Source: Candidatus Bathyarchaeia archaeon
GTDB lineage: Archaea > Thermoproteota > Bathyarchaeia > 40CM-2-53-6
NCBI GenBank assembly: GCA_049517415.1
Contig: JBEKSC010000002.1
Span: 32,001-96,000 of the forward strand
Length of the DNA stretch: 64,000 nucleotides
Direction: 5' to 3'
Both the position numbers and the translations under genes were made by a program. Position 1 is the stretch's first letter, and each line of letters opens with the position of its first letter. The notes under the pieces were generated by a model. The model was given only the letters and a program-made list of their open reading frames with translations, made no database searches and was not told where the DNA came from. Shown in pieces: positions 46,704-56,412 of this stretch.

Positions 46704-49244
46704 TCATTCGCTCAGGGTGGCGAGCGCCTCCAACGGAATTGCTTCAACCTTTCTGTAGACCATTCCGGGTTTCGCTACATGCCCCTCAACTTTTAGCAGG
46801 TCTTCCACTTTGACTCCGAATAGTTTCTGGTTCTCCTGAAGGTAGGGCAAGATCAGGTTCCAGTCAGCGGTTTCAACGGAAGTTAATTGGCCTCCGTTCA
46901 ATTGATCCAGGCCAACCTTCCTGGACGGGTCTCTGACGTATATTGCTCCGCCGGAAGCGAGGGAGAAGAGGTTGCCGCCGGGGTATGGTGTTTCAAGTTC
47001 ACGGATTCGGCCGTCATCCTCTAACGCTATTCCGTTAACAATTATGAAGCCGCCCCCATTTAGGGGGTCGCCTGCCATGAAAGATTCGGCTAGGTAGTCG
47101 AGGCATGTGCCGTTTATCACGACACGCGGGCGACCAACGGCGTTGATGAGTGGTCGGCCAGCTGCGTTGCCTAAGACGTAGACGTCGCCGCCTTTGGCAG
47201 CGTACATGAACGTTTGACCAACATCCCCGAAGATAACCAGTTTTCCGGACTTCATGATCTGGGCAACTTGGTCTTGGGCTGAGGTGTGGACGTAGATTTC
47301 GGCGCCATCAAGCCCCGAACCTAAATAATCGCCCGGGTTTCCGAAGACGTCGATTCGAAAGCCTTCCGAATGCTCACCCAACCCTGCACCGCAGAACCGC
47401 TGCCCACGCCAATCAAAAGACATCACATGCTTCCAACCTTGCTTATAGGCGGCTACAATCATGGCTGAAGCCGAACCCTCACCTTCCGCCCCGAAGCCTG
47501 AAACATCAAGCAAAAGCGTGTCCTCACTCTTGGTGGGGGACCGCAGCGAACCCCTGTTTGCTGAATTGACCAAGACCCATCCCGAACCGTTCTGGTCCGC
47601 CAGTTGCGGAAATTCCCTAAGGATATTGAAGAGCGATAATTCCAGCTGTGCGTGGATCCTCCCTTCCTTAGCGTATGGAATCAGGTGAAGAGAGTCTAAC
47701 ACCCAGGTCAGAATTTCTACACTCTTTACTTTCTCGCTGTACCCGTTTTTCGCCGCGTTCGCTAGGTTCACGCAGAGGTCTTCAATGGATTTTGCGCCCG
47801 CTCGAGCCTCAGCTAGCTGTTCCGCGAAATTGTCTGGCGCAAATCTCAAAGTTTCATTTAGAAGTTCATTTGTTGGCTTCTTGGCTGGGACGGAAACTTC
47901 GCGCCCGAATTTATCTGTGCATTTCAGTTGAGGCGTCGCGGATGATCTGTCGACGGTGAAGATGAAAGCGCCTCCGTCCGTGTAGCTTCCGCCTCTTGCA
48001 TTCCAGTAAAGGTCAGCTTTGGCTGCGAATCGCGAATCCTCGCCGGCGAGGCTCTTGAGGCAGGCGTCAATTGCCTGGCGTTCGGAAGCGATCAGGCCGA
48101 TCTTGACTGGACCATCTTGTAATGCGAATACTTGGGGTCGAAGCATTGACGTGTCGGTTATGCCCAATAGGTGCAGCTTGCTTCCGTTCTCTTCGCTTCG
48201 ACCAACTATGAAGAACCATGGCCCATCGGGTGAACCGTGAATATGTGCAGTCTGAATCTCCCGATAGAGAGACCTCTTGTCTTCGGGAAGCATGTAGAAG
48301 TCACGTTCCGTTGTCGGCGCCATCGCCTCAATCAAAACTTCAATCGGGTAACCGTACACTCTCCTCCAAAGGTCGAAGAGATAGACCGCGACCTCCGTGT
48401 CGGTCAGGAAGAGCGGGTAGATTTTTCGTTGGGCAAGGTATTCACAGATTGAATGGTAGTTCGAGAAGTCGCCGTTGTGCACTAGTGCCTCGTGGAGGCC
48501 GACGAAGGGATGTGCGCCGCCGGGATGCCAAACCTTACCCTTTGTAGGATAACGGTGGTGTCCGATCCAGACATGTGCCTTGAAATCCTCCAACTTGTAA
48601 TAGCGTATGACTTGGTCTCCCCAACCAACAATCTTCAGGACCATCATGTCCTTTCCATGCGAAAGGACGAACGCCTTCTTCTCACCGAGGGATGCGTAGA
48701 ATTTCTTATTCAGAGCGTAACTGTTCTGGAAGACGAACTCGTCTTCGGCAAGTTTGCGATCCAAGATTCCGCTCTTATTCATGAATTGGCTGAGGACATC
48801 TTCCTTCACCCGGCAGAAATAGCGGCGAACGGCTGGAGGTTTCACCTGTAATCCGGGTATACTCTTGTGGTCGGGTATGGCCCCAAGCCATTCGGCTGAG
48901 TCGACTCTTAGGTTCGGTAGGATGAATTCATTCTCGACCACGCTGCTTGCTGAAGGGTCGAGGTATGCGATTTGGATTAGGTAGTCTTCGCGAAGAACCT
49001 CTTCTGATACTCCGAGCTGTTCCGGTGAGAGGCCTAGGGCTGCGATTCCGCCTCCCTTTCCGTTTCCGCGGTTCTTCATTTGGAGGAGGGCTTGGAGGAA
49101 GTGTTTGCCAGCGATTGGTTCTGAACAGGCAGCGCCAACTACACCGCACCCGCCTTCAGCCTCAACCCTTCGGCTGAGACTCATCCCCTCAACTAGCCTG
49201 GCCCGGGATTTGATGATGCTTGTGGCTGAATGCATTCTGCTCAC
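46704..49244 (-). CDS. Glutamate synthase-like subunit: class II glutamine amidotransferase fused to GXGXG beta-helix domain
   Basis: EGGCGVVG (Ntn Cys), HHRYPT, VHNGDF, TDTE; C-terminal G..G..GG repeats. Confidence 0.88.
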   Translation of the reverse strand: MSRMHSATSIIKSRARLVEGMSLSRRVEAEGGCGVVGAACSEPIAGKHFLQALLQMKNRGNGKGGGIAALGLSPEQLGVSEEVLREDYLIQIAYLDPSASSVVENEFILPNLRVDSAEWLGAIPDHKSIPGLQVKPPAVRRYFCRVKEDVLSQFMNKSGILDRKLAEDEFVFQNSYALNKKFYASLGEKKAFVLSHGKDMMVLKIVGWGDQVIRYYKLEDFKAHVWIGHHRYPTKGKVWHPGGAHPFVGLHEALVHNGDFSNYHSICEYLAQRKIYPLFLTDTEVAVYLFDLWRRVYGYPIEVLIEAMAPTTERDFYMLPEDKRSLYREIQTAHIHGSPDGPWFFIVGRSEENGSKLHLLGITDTSMLRPQVFALQDGPVKIGLIASERQAIDACLKSLAGEDSRFAAKADLYWNARGGSYTDGGAFIFTVDRSSATPQLKCTDKFGREVSVPAKKPTNELLNETLRFAPDNFAEQLAEARAGAKSIEDLCVNLANAAKNGYSEKVKSVEILTWVLDSLHLIPYAKEGRIHAQLELSLFNILREFPQLADQNGSGWVLVNSANRGSLRSPTKSEDTLLLDVSGFGAEGEGSASAMIVAAYKQGWKHVMSFDWRGQRFCGAGLGEHSEGFRIDVFGNPGDYLGSGLDGAEIYVHTSAQDQVAQIMKSGKLVIFGDVGQTFMYAAKGGDVYVLGNAAGRPLINAVGRPRVVINGTCLDYLAESFMAGDPLNGGGFIIVNGIALEDDGRIRELETPYPGGNLFSLASGGAIYVRDPSRKVGLDQLNGGQLTSVETADWNLILPYLQENQKLFGVKVEDLLKVEGHVAKPGMVYRKVEAIPLEALATLSE

Positions 49245-50500
49245 CTGTAGACCAGCAGGTCAGTTCTTCCCCTGAGTTCCTTGATCGAGCGGAGGCCGAG
49301 GCCTGCTAGGATGGTTTTCCACTGCTCGACCCACGAAGTGTAGAGGTTGATAATCCTTTGAGCGCCCCATTGTGGGTCAATGAGCAAAGTGAGTTCGGGA
49401 TCGGTTGTTGTGATTCCTACTTGGCAACCCCTTCCGCGCTCGCAGTTGCCGCAATGCGTGCATCCAACCGCAACAGCTTCAGCCGTCCCAATTACGCACC
49501 CGTCAGCCCCGAGGGCAATGGCTTTGGCTACATCGTAAGCAGTTCTTATTCCGCCACTCGCTATCACCGTTAACTCGTCCCTCACTCCTTCTGCGGTGAG
49601 GTAGCGGTGAACCCTCGGAATCGCATACTCTATTGGCATGGCGATGTTTTTCTTGGCGATCTCCGGGGCCGCGCCCGTCCCGCCGTAGCCACCGTCGATG
49701 TGCAGGATGTTCGCGTTTGCGTAGTAGCTGCCTATGGCGACCATGTCAACATCGACTGGAGTCGAAACTTTCACGGAAACCAAGCAGTTGGGATTTACGG
49801 CGCGAATCCAGTCGACGTGCTTCTTGTGGTCCTCGACCGAGTAGACGCTGTGAAATGGAAATGGGGAATAGAGTGAGGTGAAGGGCAGTGATTCTCTCAT
49901 GCTGGCGACTTCTGAGGTCACCTTGTCCGCGAGCAGGTGGCCCCCCAAGCCGGGTTTCGCTCCTTGCGCATACTTGAACTCCACAATCCTCGCCGCCTGA
50001 ATCGTCTCCTCGCGTACCCCGAACATTCCGGTCGCGACTTGCGTGATCACGGAATCCTTGTACTCCATGAGCTGCGGTGGGTACCCCCCTTCACCAGTGG
50101 AGGTGAAGGTGTTCAGCCGTCTTGCAGCAATAGCCCTGGCAAGCATGAAGTTGAGGCTGACCGAACCGAATGACATGCCGGCGCCGTAGATTGGGATGGG
50201 AATTGTGATCTTGGGGCCGAAGCTGCGGCGGTTCAATTCTATGGATAAGTCATAGTCTTCGCCTTCCACGCTCGCATTGTCTTGGGTGCTCTTGAAATCG
50301 AGCCGGTCGAAACCTCCGCCTGATTTCCCTACCTTGTACTCAAGTTGGGTGGGAGGCTTGCCCGTCGTGGCTTGGTGGTAGGTTGCGAATATCAACTCCG
50401 AGGTCCAACGCTTGTTTCCAAGCCCGCTCGGAATACGTCCAAGGGTTGGCAGGACTTTGAGCCCGTGGTGGATTAGCTCAGAGTGCTTCTGAACGATCAT
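49241..50500 (-). CDS. Glutamate synthase FMN-binding subunit (archaeal type)
   Basis: GMSFGS, TGEGG, KYAQGAKPGLGGHL, CTHCGNC...CQVGI; ATG at 50500. Confidence 0.9.
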   Translation of the reverse strand: MIVQKHSELIHHGLKVLPTLGRIPSGLGNKRWTSELIFATYHQATTGKPPTQLEYKVGKSGGGFDRLDFKSTQDNASVEGEDYDLSIELNRRSFGPKITIPIPIYGAGMSFGSVSLNFMLARAIAARRLNTFTSTGEGGYPPQLMEYKDSVITQVATGMFGVREETIQAARIVEFKYAQGAKPGLGGHLLADKVTSEVASMRESLPFTSLYSPFPFHSVYSVEDHKKHVDWIRAVNPNCLVSVKVSTPVDVDMVAIGSYYANANILHIDGGYGGTGAAPEIAKKNIAMPIEYAIPRVHRYLTAEGVRDELTVIASGGIRTAYDVAKAIALGADGCVIGTAEAVAVGCTHCGNCERGRGCQVGITTTDPELTLLIDPQWGAQRIINLYTSWVEQWKTILAGLGLRSIKELRGRTDLLVYR

Positions 50501-50501
50501 T

Positions 50502-51992
50502 TCACGTTCCGTGCGTGATATCGGCAAACGCCTCCTTTTCCAAATCCTCGTTGAACATCGCCCGGCCCACGTCACCCCTTAACCGTCTAACATCGCGCAT
50601 TCCCATCGCGCTTAAAATCTCGATGAGCTGGTCGTGCCACGAAACGAGCAGGTTGACCAAACGCTGTTCCCCCCACCTCGTGTCAAATTTCTCCGGCGCG
50701 ATGCGGCCAGTTTCAGGTGACTTGCACTCGCCCGAGAATTGGGCCTGAAGGGCGATGAGCATGGTTGTATCGATGGCTACGAGGTCGGCACCACAGATTA
50801 TTGCCTTGGGGACGTGTTCAGCGAATATAATTCCCCCGCTCACGATTATTGTCACGTCGTCTCGGAGAGATTCTTTCACAAGCTTGCCGTGGACGGAACG
50901 AACGAGATCCCCGACGAAGGAGGGGTTCTCCTTGCCCCATCCTCGGCCGTGGTAATCTGCGCAAAGATGAATTATGTCCACACCTGCCTGAGCAAGGTCT
51001 ACGGCCGTTTCACCTGAATCGTTTGAGAGTGGAACGCGAACTGAAACGGGCGCTTTCGGGTTTGTTTCTCTAATTTTATCAATTGCTCCCGACTCGTATT
51101 TCGTTAGCTCGATTGCTTGCGCTGCAAGTATCGAACCATCGTTAGCGTTTGCCGGTGATATCATGGGGATTATTCGTTGCGGCTGTGGGGCTGGGATTTG
51201 CTTGATTTGGCTCGGATGTGCGATGAATAGGGTTCCTGTTTTCGTAGCGGCCCCGGCGATTGATTGCAGGATTGATTGGTTGCTTAGGTTTGGTGGCAGG
51301 TAGTCGAAGATTATTGGTATTGCGATTTCGACGTTGCTGGTTGACTGGCTGGGTTTCTGGTTGAAGAATTCTAAAAAGCGCTGTTTCCTTCCTACGTCGA
51401 CTATGGTTGAGATGTATTCCCTTCCGTAGACGCCGTCGCGTGTGGGCCGGACTATTTCTGACATGTCGGTCCACATTGAGTCCCAGCCTGGGCCGGAGAA
51501 GGCTCCTTTGTACCCCATCCCCTTGATCGGAATCTTTCCCGTCTCAGCCTCGTACGAGACCGTAGCTATTGGTGACCCGCTCGCGGTTGCTGGATCCTCA
51601 GGAATCCAGTAGGAGTCTGCGAATTTGTAGAATTCCGGGTTACGGTCGACCGTACAGAAGTCTGGGTACTCCTGAACGCACCGCATGCACCCCGTACATT
51701 TTTTCCTGATGGGGTGAAAACCACCGAACCGGCTGCCAAACACTCCGTAAATGCATGGCCTAGTCATCAGGGCGGCGCGGTACTCTTTTTTCCTTAAGTT
51801 GAATCCGTAATCGAAGACTTCTCGAAGCAACAAGCTTGCGAGGCCGACCTTGCCCACTCTCGGATAGAAGGGATGTGGCTCTTTCCGTCGTGGTAGTGCA
51901 GGCTTTGCCTCAACCTTGTAGCGGACATATGCGCCCGGTTTTTCTGCCTGCAAAGCCGGACCGTCGTCTATGCTACTCGCCTGCTCCTGCAA
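50502..51992 (-). CDS. Ferredoxin-fused, degenerate glutamate synthase FMN-domain paralogue
   Basis: CTGCMRCVQEYP, GWDSMWTDMSEIVRPTRDG, KAIICGAD, GMRDVRRLRG; TTG 51992 inferred start. Confidence 0.8.
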   Translation of the reverse strand: MQEQASSIDDGPALQAEKPGAYVRYKVEAKPALPRRKEPHPFYPRVGKVGLASLLLREVFDYGFNLRKKEYRAALMTRPCIYGVFGSRFGGFHPIRKKCTGCMRCVQEYPDFCTVDRNPEFYKFADSYWIPEDPATASGSPIATVSYEAETGKIPIKGMGYKGAFSGPGWDSMWTDMSEIVRPTRDGVYGREYISTIVDVGRKQRFLEFFNQKPSQSTSNVEIAIPIIFDYLPPNLSNQSILQSIAGAATKTGTLFIAHPSQIKQIPAPQPQRIIPMISPANANDGSILAAQAIELTKYESGAIDKIRETNPKAPVSVRVPLSNDSGETAVDLAQAGVDIIHLCADYHGRGWGKENPSFVGDLVRSVHGKLVKESLRDDVTIIVSGGIIFAEHVPKAIICGADLVAIDTTMLIALQAQFSGECKSPETGRIAPEKFDTRWGEQRLVNLLVSWHDQLIEILSAMGMRDVRRLRGDVGRAMFNEDLEKEAFADITHGT

Positions 51993-52134
51993 ATCTCGCG
52001 CTCCATCGCTGCAACGAACTATAGAACCAGACCGAATACGTTGAACAAATAAATCTATTGAGGAAAAAACAATAGACAAATGTACCTCAAATAAACGTAT
52101 TTTCAGATGAACGTGCAAAATATAGGTGTGAAAT

Positions 52135-52596
52135 TTGTCTGCTGCTGAACGTTTGCACATCGATGATGTTGACCGAAAGATTCTGGGCGAGCTTCTTCGT
52201 GATTGCAGGCGGTCTTACAGGTCGCTCGCTCGTCAGGCGGGCGTATCTGTTGGGACCGTTCTCAGCCGCATCCGTAAGCTGGAAAAGGCTGGGGTCATAC
52301 GAAGCTATTCGGCTCTGCTCGACCATGAGAAGCTTGGTTACCAGCTCACCGTCGTAGCAGAAATCACCGTATTGAAGGGAAAGCTGCTTGAGATGGAGGA
52401 GGCGATTGGAAAACTGCCCAATACTTGCGCTGTCTACGACGTCACAGGACTCACGGACGCTCTTGTAATAGCGAAGTTCCATACTCGAGAAGAATTGAGT
52501 AAGTTCACCAAGAATCTTCTAAGCATGCCCTTCGTGGACCGAACCAACACGCACATCGTCTTGACAACGGTTAAGGAAGATTTACGGCTCCTGTAG
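52135..52596 (+). CDS. Lrp/AsnC transcriptional regulator, divergent from the glutamate synthase cluster
   Basis: IDDVDRKIL...RSYRSLAR...RIRKLEKAGVI; YDVTG. Confidence 0.93.
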   Translation: MSAAERLHIDDVDRKILGELLRDCRRSYRSLARQAGVSVGTVLSRIRKLEKAGVIRSYSALLDHEKLGYQLTVVAEITVLKGKLLEMEEAIGKLPNTCAVYDVTGLTDALVIAKFHTREELSKFTKNLLSMPFVDRTNTHIVLTTVKEDLRLL

Positions 52597-52618
52597 CCCC
52601 GACAGGTCGTCTAGGAAA

Positions 52619-53620
52619 TTGGCTTACGCGTCGAGGCAGACGAGCTACCTAGTCGGCACCATAGGAGTCTTTCTTCAAGTCGTGGGCCTGTGGGGCATGT
52701 ACTCAAACGTTCAGCTCGGAACGAATGAAGCCTCGTGGAACATAGCTCAACTCACGCTCTATGCGGGATTTGCCGTATCGGTTCTGATAATTTGGCGTGG
52801 GCTCCGGGTTCCTAGGATCCAACCCGCCACCACTGTCCCGATTCGATTCGTGAATGTGGCCGGACTAAAGTTGGCGGGTGCAGGGTCAGTGATTGAGATC
52901 GTCGCTCTGGCCTCGAATGAAATTATATTGCATCTCTCCCCCAGTGAACAGTACGTTGCGTTGCCGCTTTCGCTTCTGGCGATTGGCTTGTTGACCGTCA
53001 CGCTTGGGATCGTCATTGGATTAACAATCGAGTATGGGATGATTAGACGCGAAATAATCGCCGCCTCGGCGCTGAAGCGATGGCTGACGCTCATTTCAGT
53101 TATCTTGATGTTCACTTCAATCTGGTTAACTGCATCAGGGATTTTCTTTTACTTGGCGGCTGCTTTCCGAAGTACACTCGTCAACTTGCTAGCCGCGGCC
53201 TTCCTTGGGCTTGTTGCACCGCTTGTTCTGGTTCCCGCGAAGAGGGTGTTTCCGAAAGTTGGGACCGCCATTTCGATTGGCGTCGCATTCAACGCGGTGG
53301 TTTACTTCTTCGTCGTAGTAGTGGCGCATGCTCCGTCCTATGTTCCATGGGGGTTGCTTTCTCTGGCCTTGTTTGACGTTCTGATCTTAGGTTTGAAACG
53401 AATCATGATCATAACAAGGGCTGGGCTTGTCTCGTCGCTGGTAATCGGGGTGCTCTTTTGGGCTACCTATTTTCCGTTCAGTTTGTACTTGTTTCCTTGG
53501 TCGTCTTCACCGCAGCCCCCGCTAGTCGCGGTGGTTCTGGCTAGCCTCGCGGGAGCAACGCTTGGCAACTCGGCCTATGCAGGGCTTACTTCAGTTGTGC
53601 TCGGTGACGTCACGGGTTGA
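52619..53620 (+). CDS. Polytopic membrane protein
   Basis: About 10 hydrophobic segments. Confidence 0.65.
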   Translation: MAYASRQTSYLVGTIGVFLQVVGLWGMYSNVQLGTNEASWNIAQLTLYAGFAVSVLIIWRGLRVPRIQPATTVPIRFVNVAGLKLAGAGSVIEIVALASNEIILHLSPSEQYVALPLSLLAIGLLTVTLGIVIGLTIEYGMIRREIIAASALKRWLTLISVILMFTSIWLTASGIFFYLAAAFRSTLVNLLAAAFLGLVAPLVLVPAKRVFPKVGTAISIGVAFNAVVYFFVVVVAHAPSYVPWGLLSLALFDVLILGLKRIMIITRAGLVSSLVIGVLFWATYFPFSLYLFPWSSSPQPPLVAVVLASLAGATLGNSAYAGLTSVVLGDVTG

Positions 53621-53627
53621 CTAGGTT

Positions 53628-54299
53628 CTACTTTCTCTTGTTTACGTAAATGCCGTTGGCAACGTCCAAGCTGAGTGGGTACGAGTTTGACCCTACCTTA
53701 ACCAGCATTGGGCCCTTGAATGGGGCCTTCTCCTCAACCTTTACCTCAACACCCGGAAGCATACCTAAGTTGGCAAGGTAGCGTAGCAGTTCCGTGTTCT
53801 CGTCGGGGATCTCGCTTACGACACCATGTTGACCTGCGCCGAGGTTGGATAACGCTTCGCTTTTTGAAGGTGAGAGGTACCCTTTCTCATCTGGGATTGG
53901 ATTCCCGTGCGGGCAGGTTTCGGGATTACCAAGCGTCTTTTCAATGGAGTTAGCTAGGGTGTCGCTTACTGCATGTTCAAGCTTGCAAGCTTCATCGTGC
54001 GACTCAGCCCAATCGTAATGCAAAACATCCGTTAGTAATCTCTCTGCGAGCCTGTGCCGCCTGAACACTGAGAGGGCTAGGCTTCTTCCCTGTCCCGTTA
54101 ACTTGACACCCTTGTACGGTTCCCGTTCAACGAAACCTTTCCCTTCCAGAACTTCCAGGGTGTTCGTTACGCTTCCAGGCGTAATGTTCAGTAATTTGGC
54201 GATGTCTCCGGTTCGTGCGGCTCCCGTCTTCGCTTCCAGGTTATAGATGGTCTTCAGGTACATTTCAGGGGCAACTGAGAATTCGTGACTCAAAGGCAA
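53628..54299 (-). CDS. DtxR/MntR metal-dependent repressor with FeoA domain
   Basis: EMYLKTIY, RRHRLAE, EACKLEH, CPHGNPIP. Confidence 0.93.
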   Translation of the reverse strand: MPLSHEFSVAPEMYLKTIYNLEAKTGAARTGDIAKLLNITPGSVTNTLEVLEGKGFVEREPYKGVKLTGQGRSLALSVFRRHRLAERLLTDVLHYDWAESHDEACKLEHAVSDTLANSIEKTLGNPETCPHGNPIPDEKGYLSPSKSEALSNLGAGQHGVVSEIPDENTELLRYLANLGMLPGVEVKVEEKAPFKGPMLVKVGSNSYPLSLDVANGIYVNKRK

Positions 54300-54433
54300 A
54301 ACCTAACTTGACTTTTGTTTCTCGTATCCATGAATAAGTCTACTCGAAGAAAGATTCTTGGCATTTAGTATAAGTGCTGTATGGGCGGATAAAACAAGTC
54401 TAAATACGGTACAAACATGGGCGTGAAGAGTCC

Positions 54434-55072
54434 ATGGCTGGTAAGAAACCTGGCAAGAAACCTTTCGGAAGGGACGGCCCACCGAAAGGGTACCCAAAGG
54501 ACCAAGCCGTCTACGCTGACCCTGAGAACTGGCGGTACCCCCTACATACCCCTTGGCACGCGAAACCCGCACGCCGCTATTTCGACGATTATTCAAACCG
54601 GCGCAAGTATGCCCAGGAAGAGCAGGCGTACATCGATTCGCGGATCAACCAGGCTTTGGAGAAATTCGGAAAATCAGCTTCATCAACAAGCGGAAGACGC
54701 CCCCCACCGAAAGTGCCTTCCCGCAAGGTCGAAGAGTTATCACTAGACCAACTCCTTCGATTGTTCTTGGGCGCAGCGCGGCTCCAGCGTGCCAAGGAGA
54801 TGGATGATTCGCTCGTCTCAGTTTCTGCTTTGACACCTGATCATGTTGGAGGCAAGGTGAAGGACTACGTAGTTGAGATAGACCTCAAGAAACGAACGAT
54901 TATGCATAACTGCGAGGATTGGCGGAAGAATTTGGATTCAAAGAACATGTGCAAACACCTCGGCAAGTTTCTACTAACATTGGACGAGAAGAGGGCGACG
55001 GACTTGTTGAGGGAGTTGTTGGTCGACAAGAATCAGTGGACATTCGCCGCGCCGGCGATCGCATCTGTTTGA
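54434..55072 (+). CDS. DUF6582-like domain fused to SWIM-type zinc finger
   Basis: YADPENWRYPLHT; HNCEDW...MCKHL. Confidence 0.7.
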   Translation: MAGKKPGKKPFGRDGPPKGYPKDQAVYADPENWRYPLHTPWHAKPARRYFDDYSNRRKYAQEEQAYIDSRINQALEKFGKSASSTSGRRPPPKVPSRKVEELSLDQLLRLFLGAARLQRAKEMDDSLVSVSALTPDHVGGKVKDYVVEIDLKKRTIMHNCEDWRKNLDSKNMCKHLGKFLLTLDEKRATDLLRELLVDKNQWTFAAPAIASV

Positions 55073-55075
55073 TTA

Positions 55076-56401
55076 TTAGCGCGCTAGCCTCTTCAACATC
55101 GCCAAGATTTCGTAGCCATGCTTAATCATTCCCAAATTTCCTTTCCTTCCATAAGTCTCCGTGAATCGCACTGAACCATCCGATTTGACGTTCAACCCTG
55201 TTACGAGGATTGGCACTGGGTCATCGCTATGCCCCTTCTTGATGCATGGGGTAGAATGGTCCGCTGTGACGCATAACAATTTTGAACCCAGTTCAAGCCC
55301 CGCGAAGAAACCTGCGTCAATATCTTCAATCGACTTCGTCTTTCCATCGAAGTCTCCGTCATGCCCAGGTTCATCAGGGCCTTTGAGATGTACGTAGACT
55401 AGGTCGTATTTGGCGGCGAGTTCCAAGGCCTTCTTTACTCGTTGAGAGTAACCTTCAAGCGACCGGTCGGGTGGGAATACTTCCGCGTCCATTCCTATCA
55501 CTTTCGCGATCCCTAGCTCTACGGGCATATCTGCCACCGCTACTGACTTGAACCCAAATTTCTCCCGGAGCGTTTTCACTTTAGGCGTCTTGGTTCCGGC
55601 ATCACGCATTAAGAGAAAGTTGGCGGGCATGTCCCCGCGATTCCTTCGTTCGATATTGACCGGGTGATCCCTCAGGAGATCGTAGACTTGTGCTGCGAAT
55701 TGGTTTAGCAGTTGAGCCGTCTCGGCCGCTGGTTTCGTTTTCTTTAGCGGAACGCATTTGGGGATGGGGATTGGTAGCGTGACGCCGGATAACGCAATCG
55801 TAACGTTACCTTTGCGAGAGTAAGCTGGGTCCAGGTTGGAAACAGCGCCTGAGAAATGATTTCGAGCGCTGTGGAAGACGAGTGCACAGCGATGCCCAAT
55901 TGTTGCCTTAAGCTCGAAATCAGCTAGAGCCCTCAGTTTCGAGTCTTTGTTGACAGCATCTACGAGTTCCCGTGCCTCATCGGTGGAAACGTTTCTGCCC
56001 GCACGTCGGTCGATAATCTGCCCGTCTTGGACGGTGGCAAAGTTGCACCGTAAGGCAAGGTCTCCGGTCTTGAAATCCAGCCCTGAGCCTAGCGCTTCAA
56101 CAACGCCCCTTGAAAGGTCAAGTTTGGACGGGTCGTAGCTGAGTAAGGAGAAAACCCCCGCATCACTCTCCGGCGCAATTCCCCGTTTCACCGTGTAAAC
56201 GGTACCCATCATTCCCTTCGCAGTGAAATTGTCGAAGTGAGGAGTTGCCGCCGCTTCAAGGGGTGTCTGATTTCCGCGTTCCGGGAAGGGTAGGTCGCCC
56301 ACACCGTCCAGGATGACGTAGATTATCGGATTACGCAAGTCCAGGCCACTCGGCCGTAAACGTGACGCCCTCAATATATTGATTAGAGCTGGGAACTGCA
56401 T
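55076..56401 (-). CDS. apgM: 2,3-BPG-independent phosphoglycerate mutase, archaeal type
   Basis: ILDGVGD, TPLEAA, ESD, DEPGHDG, TADHSTP; real start likely near TTG 56338. Confidence 0.92.
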   Translation of the reverse strand: MQFPALINILRASRLRPSGLDLRNPIIYVILDGVGDLPFPERGNQTPLEAAATPHFDNFTAKGMMGTVYTVKRGIAPESDAGVFSLLSYDPSKLDLSRGVVEALGSGLDFKTGDLALRCNFATVQDGQIIDRRAGRNVSTDEARELVDAVNKDSKLRALADFELKATIGHRCALVFHSARNHFSGAVSNLDPAYSRKGNVTIALSGVTLPIPIPKCVPLKKTKPAAETAQLLNQFAAQVYDLLRDHPVNIERRNRGDMPANFLLMRDAGTKTPKVKTLREKFGFKSVAVADMPVELGIAKVIGMDAEVFPPDRSLEGYSQRVKKALELAAKYDLVYVHLKGPDEPGHDGDFDGKTKSIEDIDAGFFAGLELGSKLLCVTADHSTPCIKKGHSDDPVPILVTGLNVKSDGSVRFTETYGRKGNLGMIKHGYEILAMLKRLAR

Positions 56402-56412
56402 GTCGTGACGAA

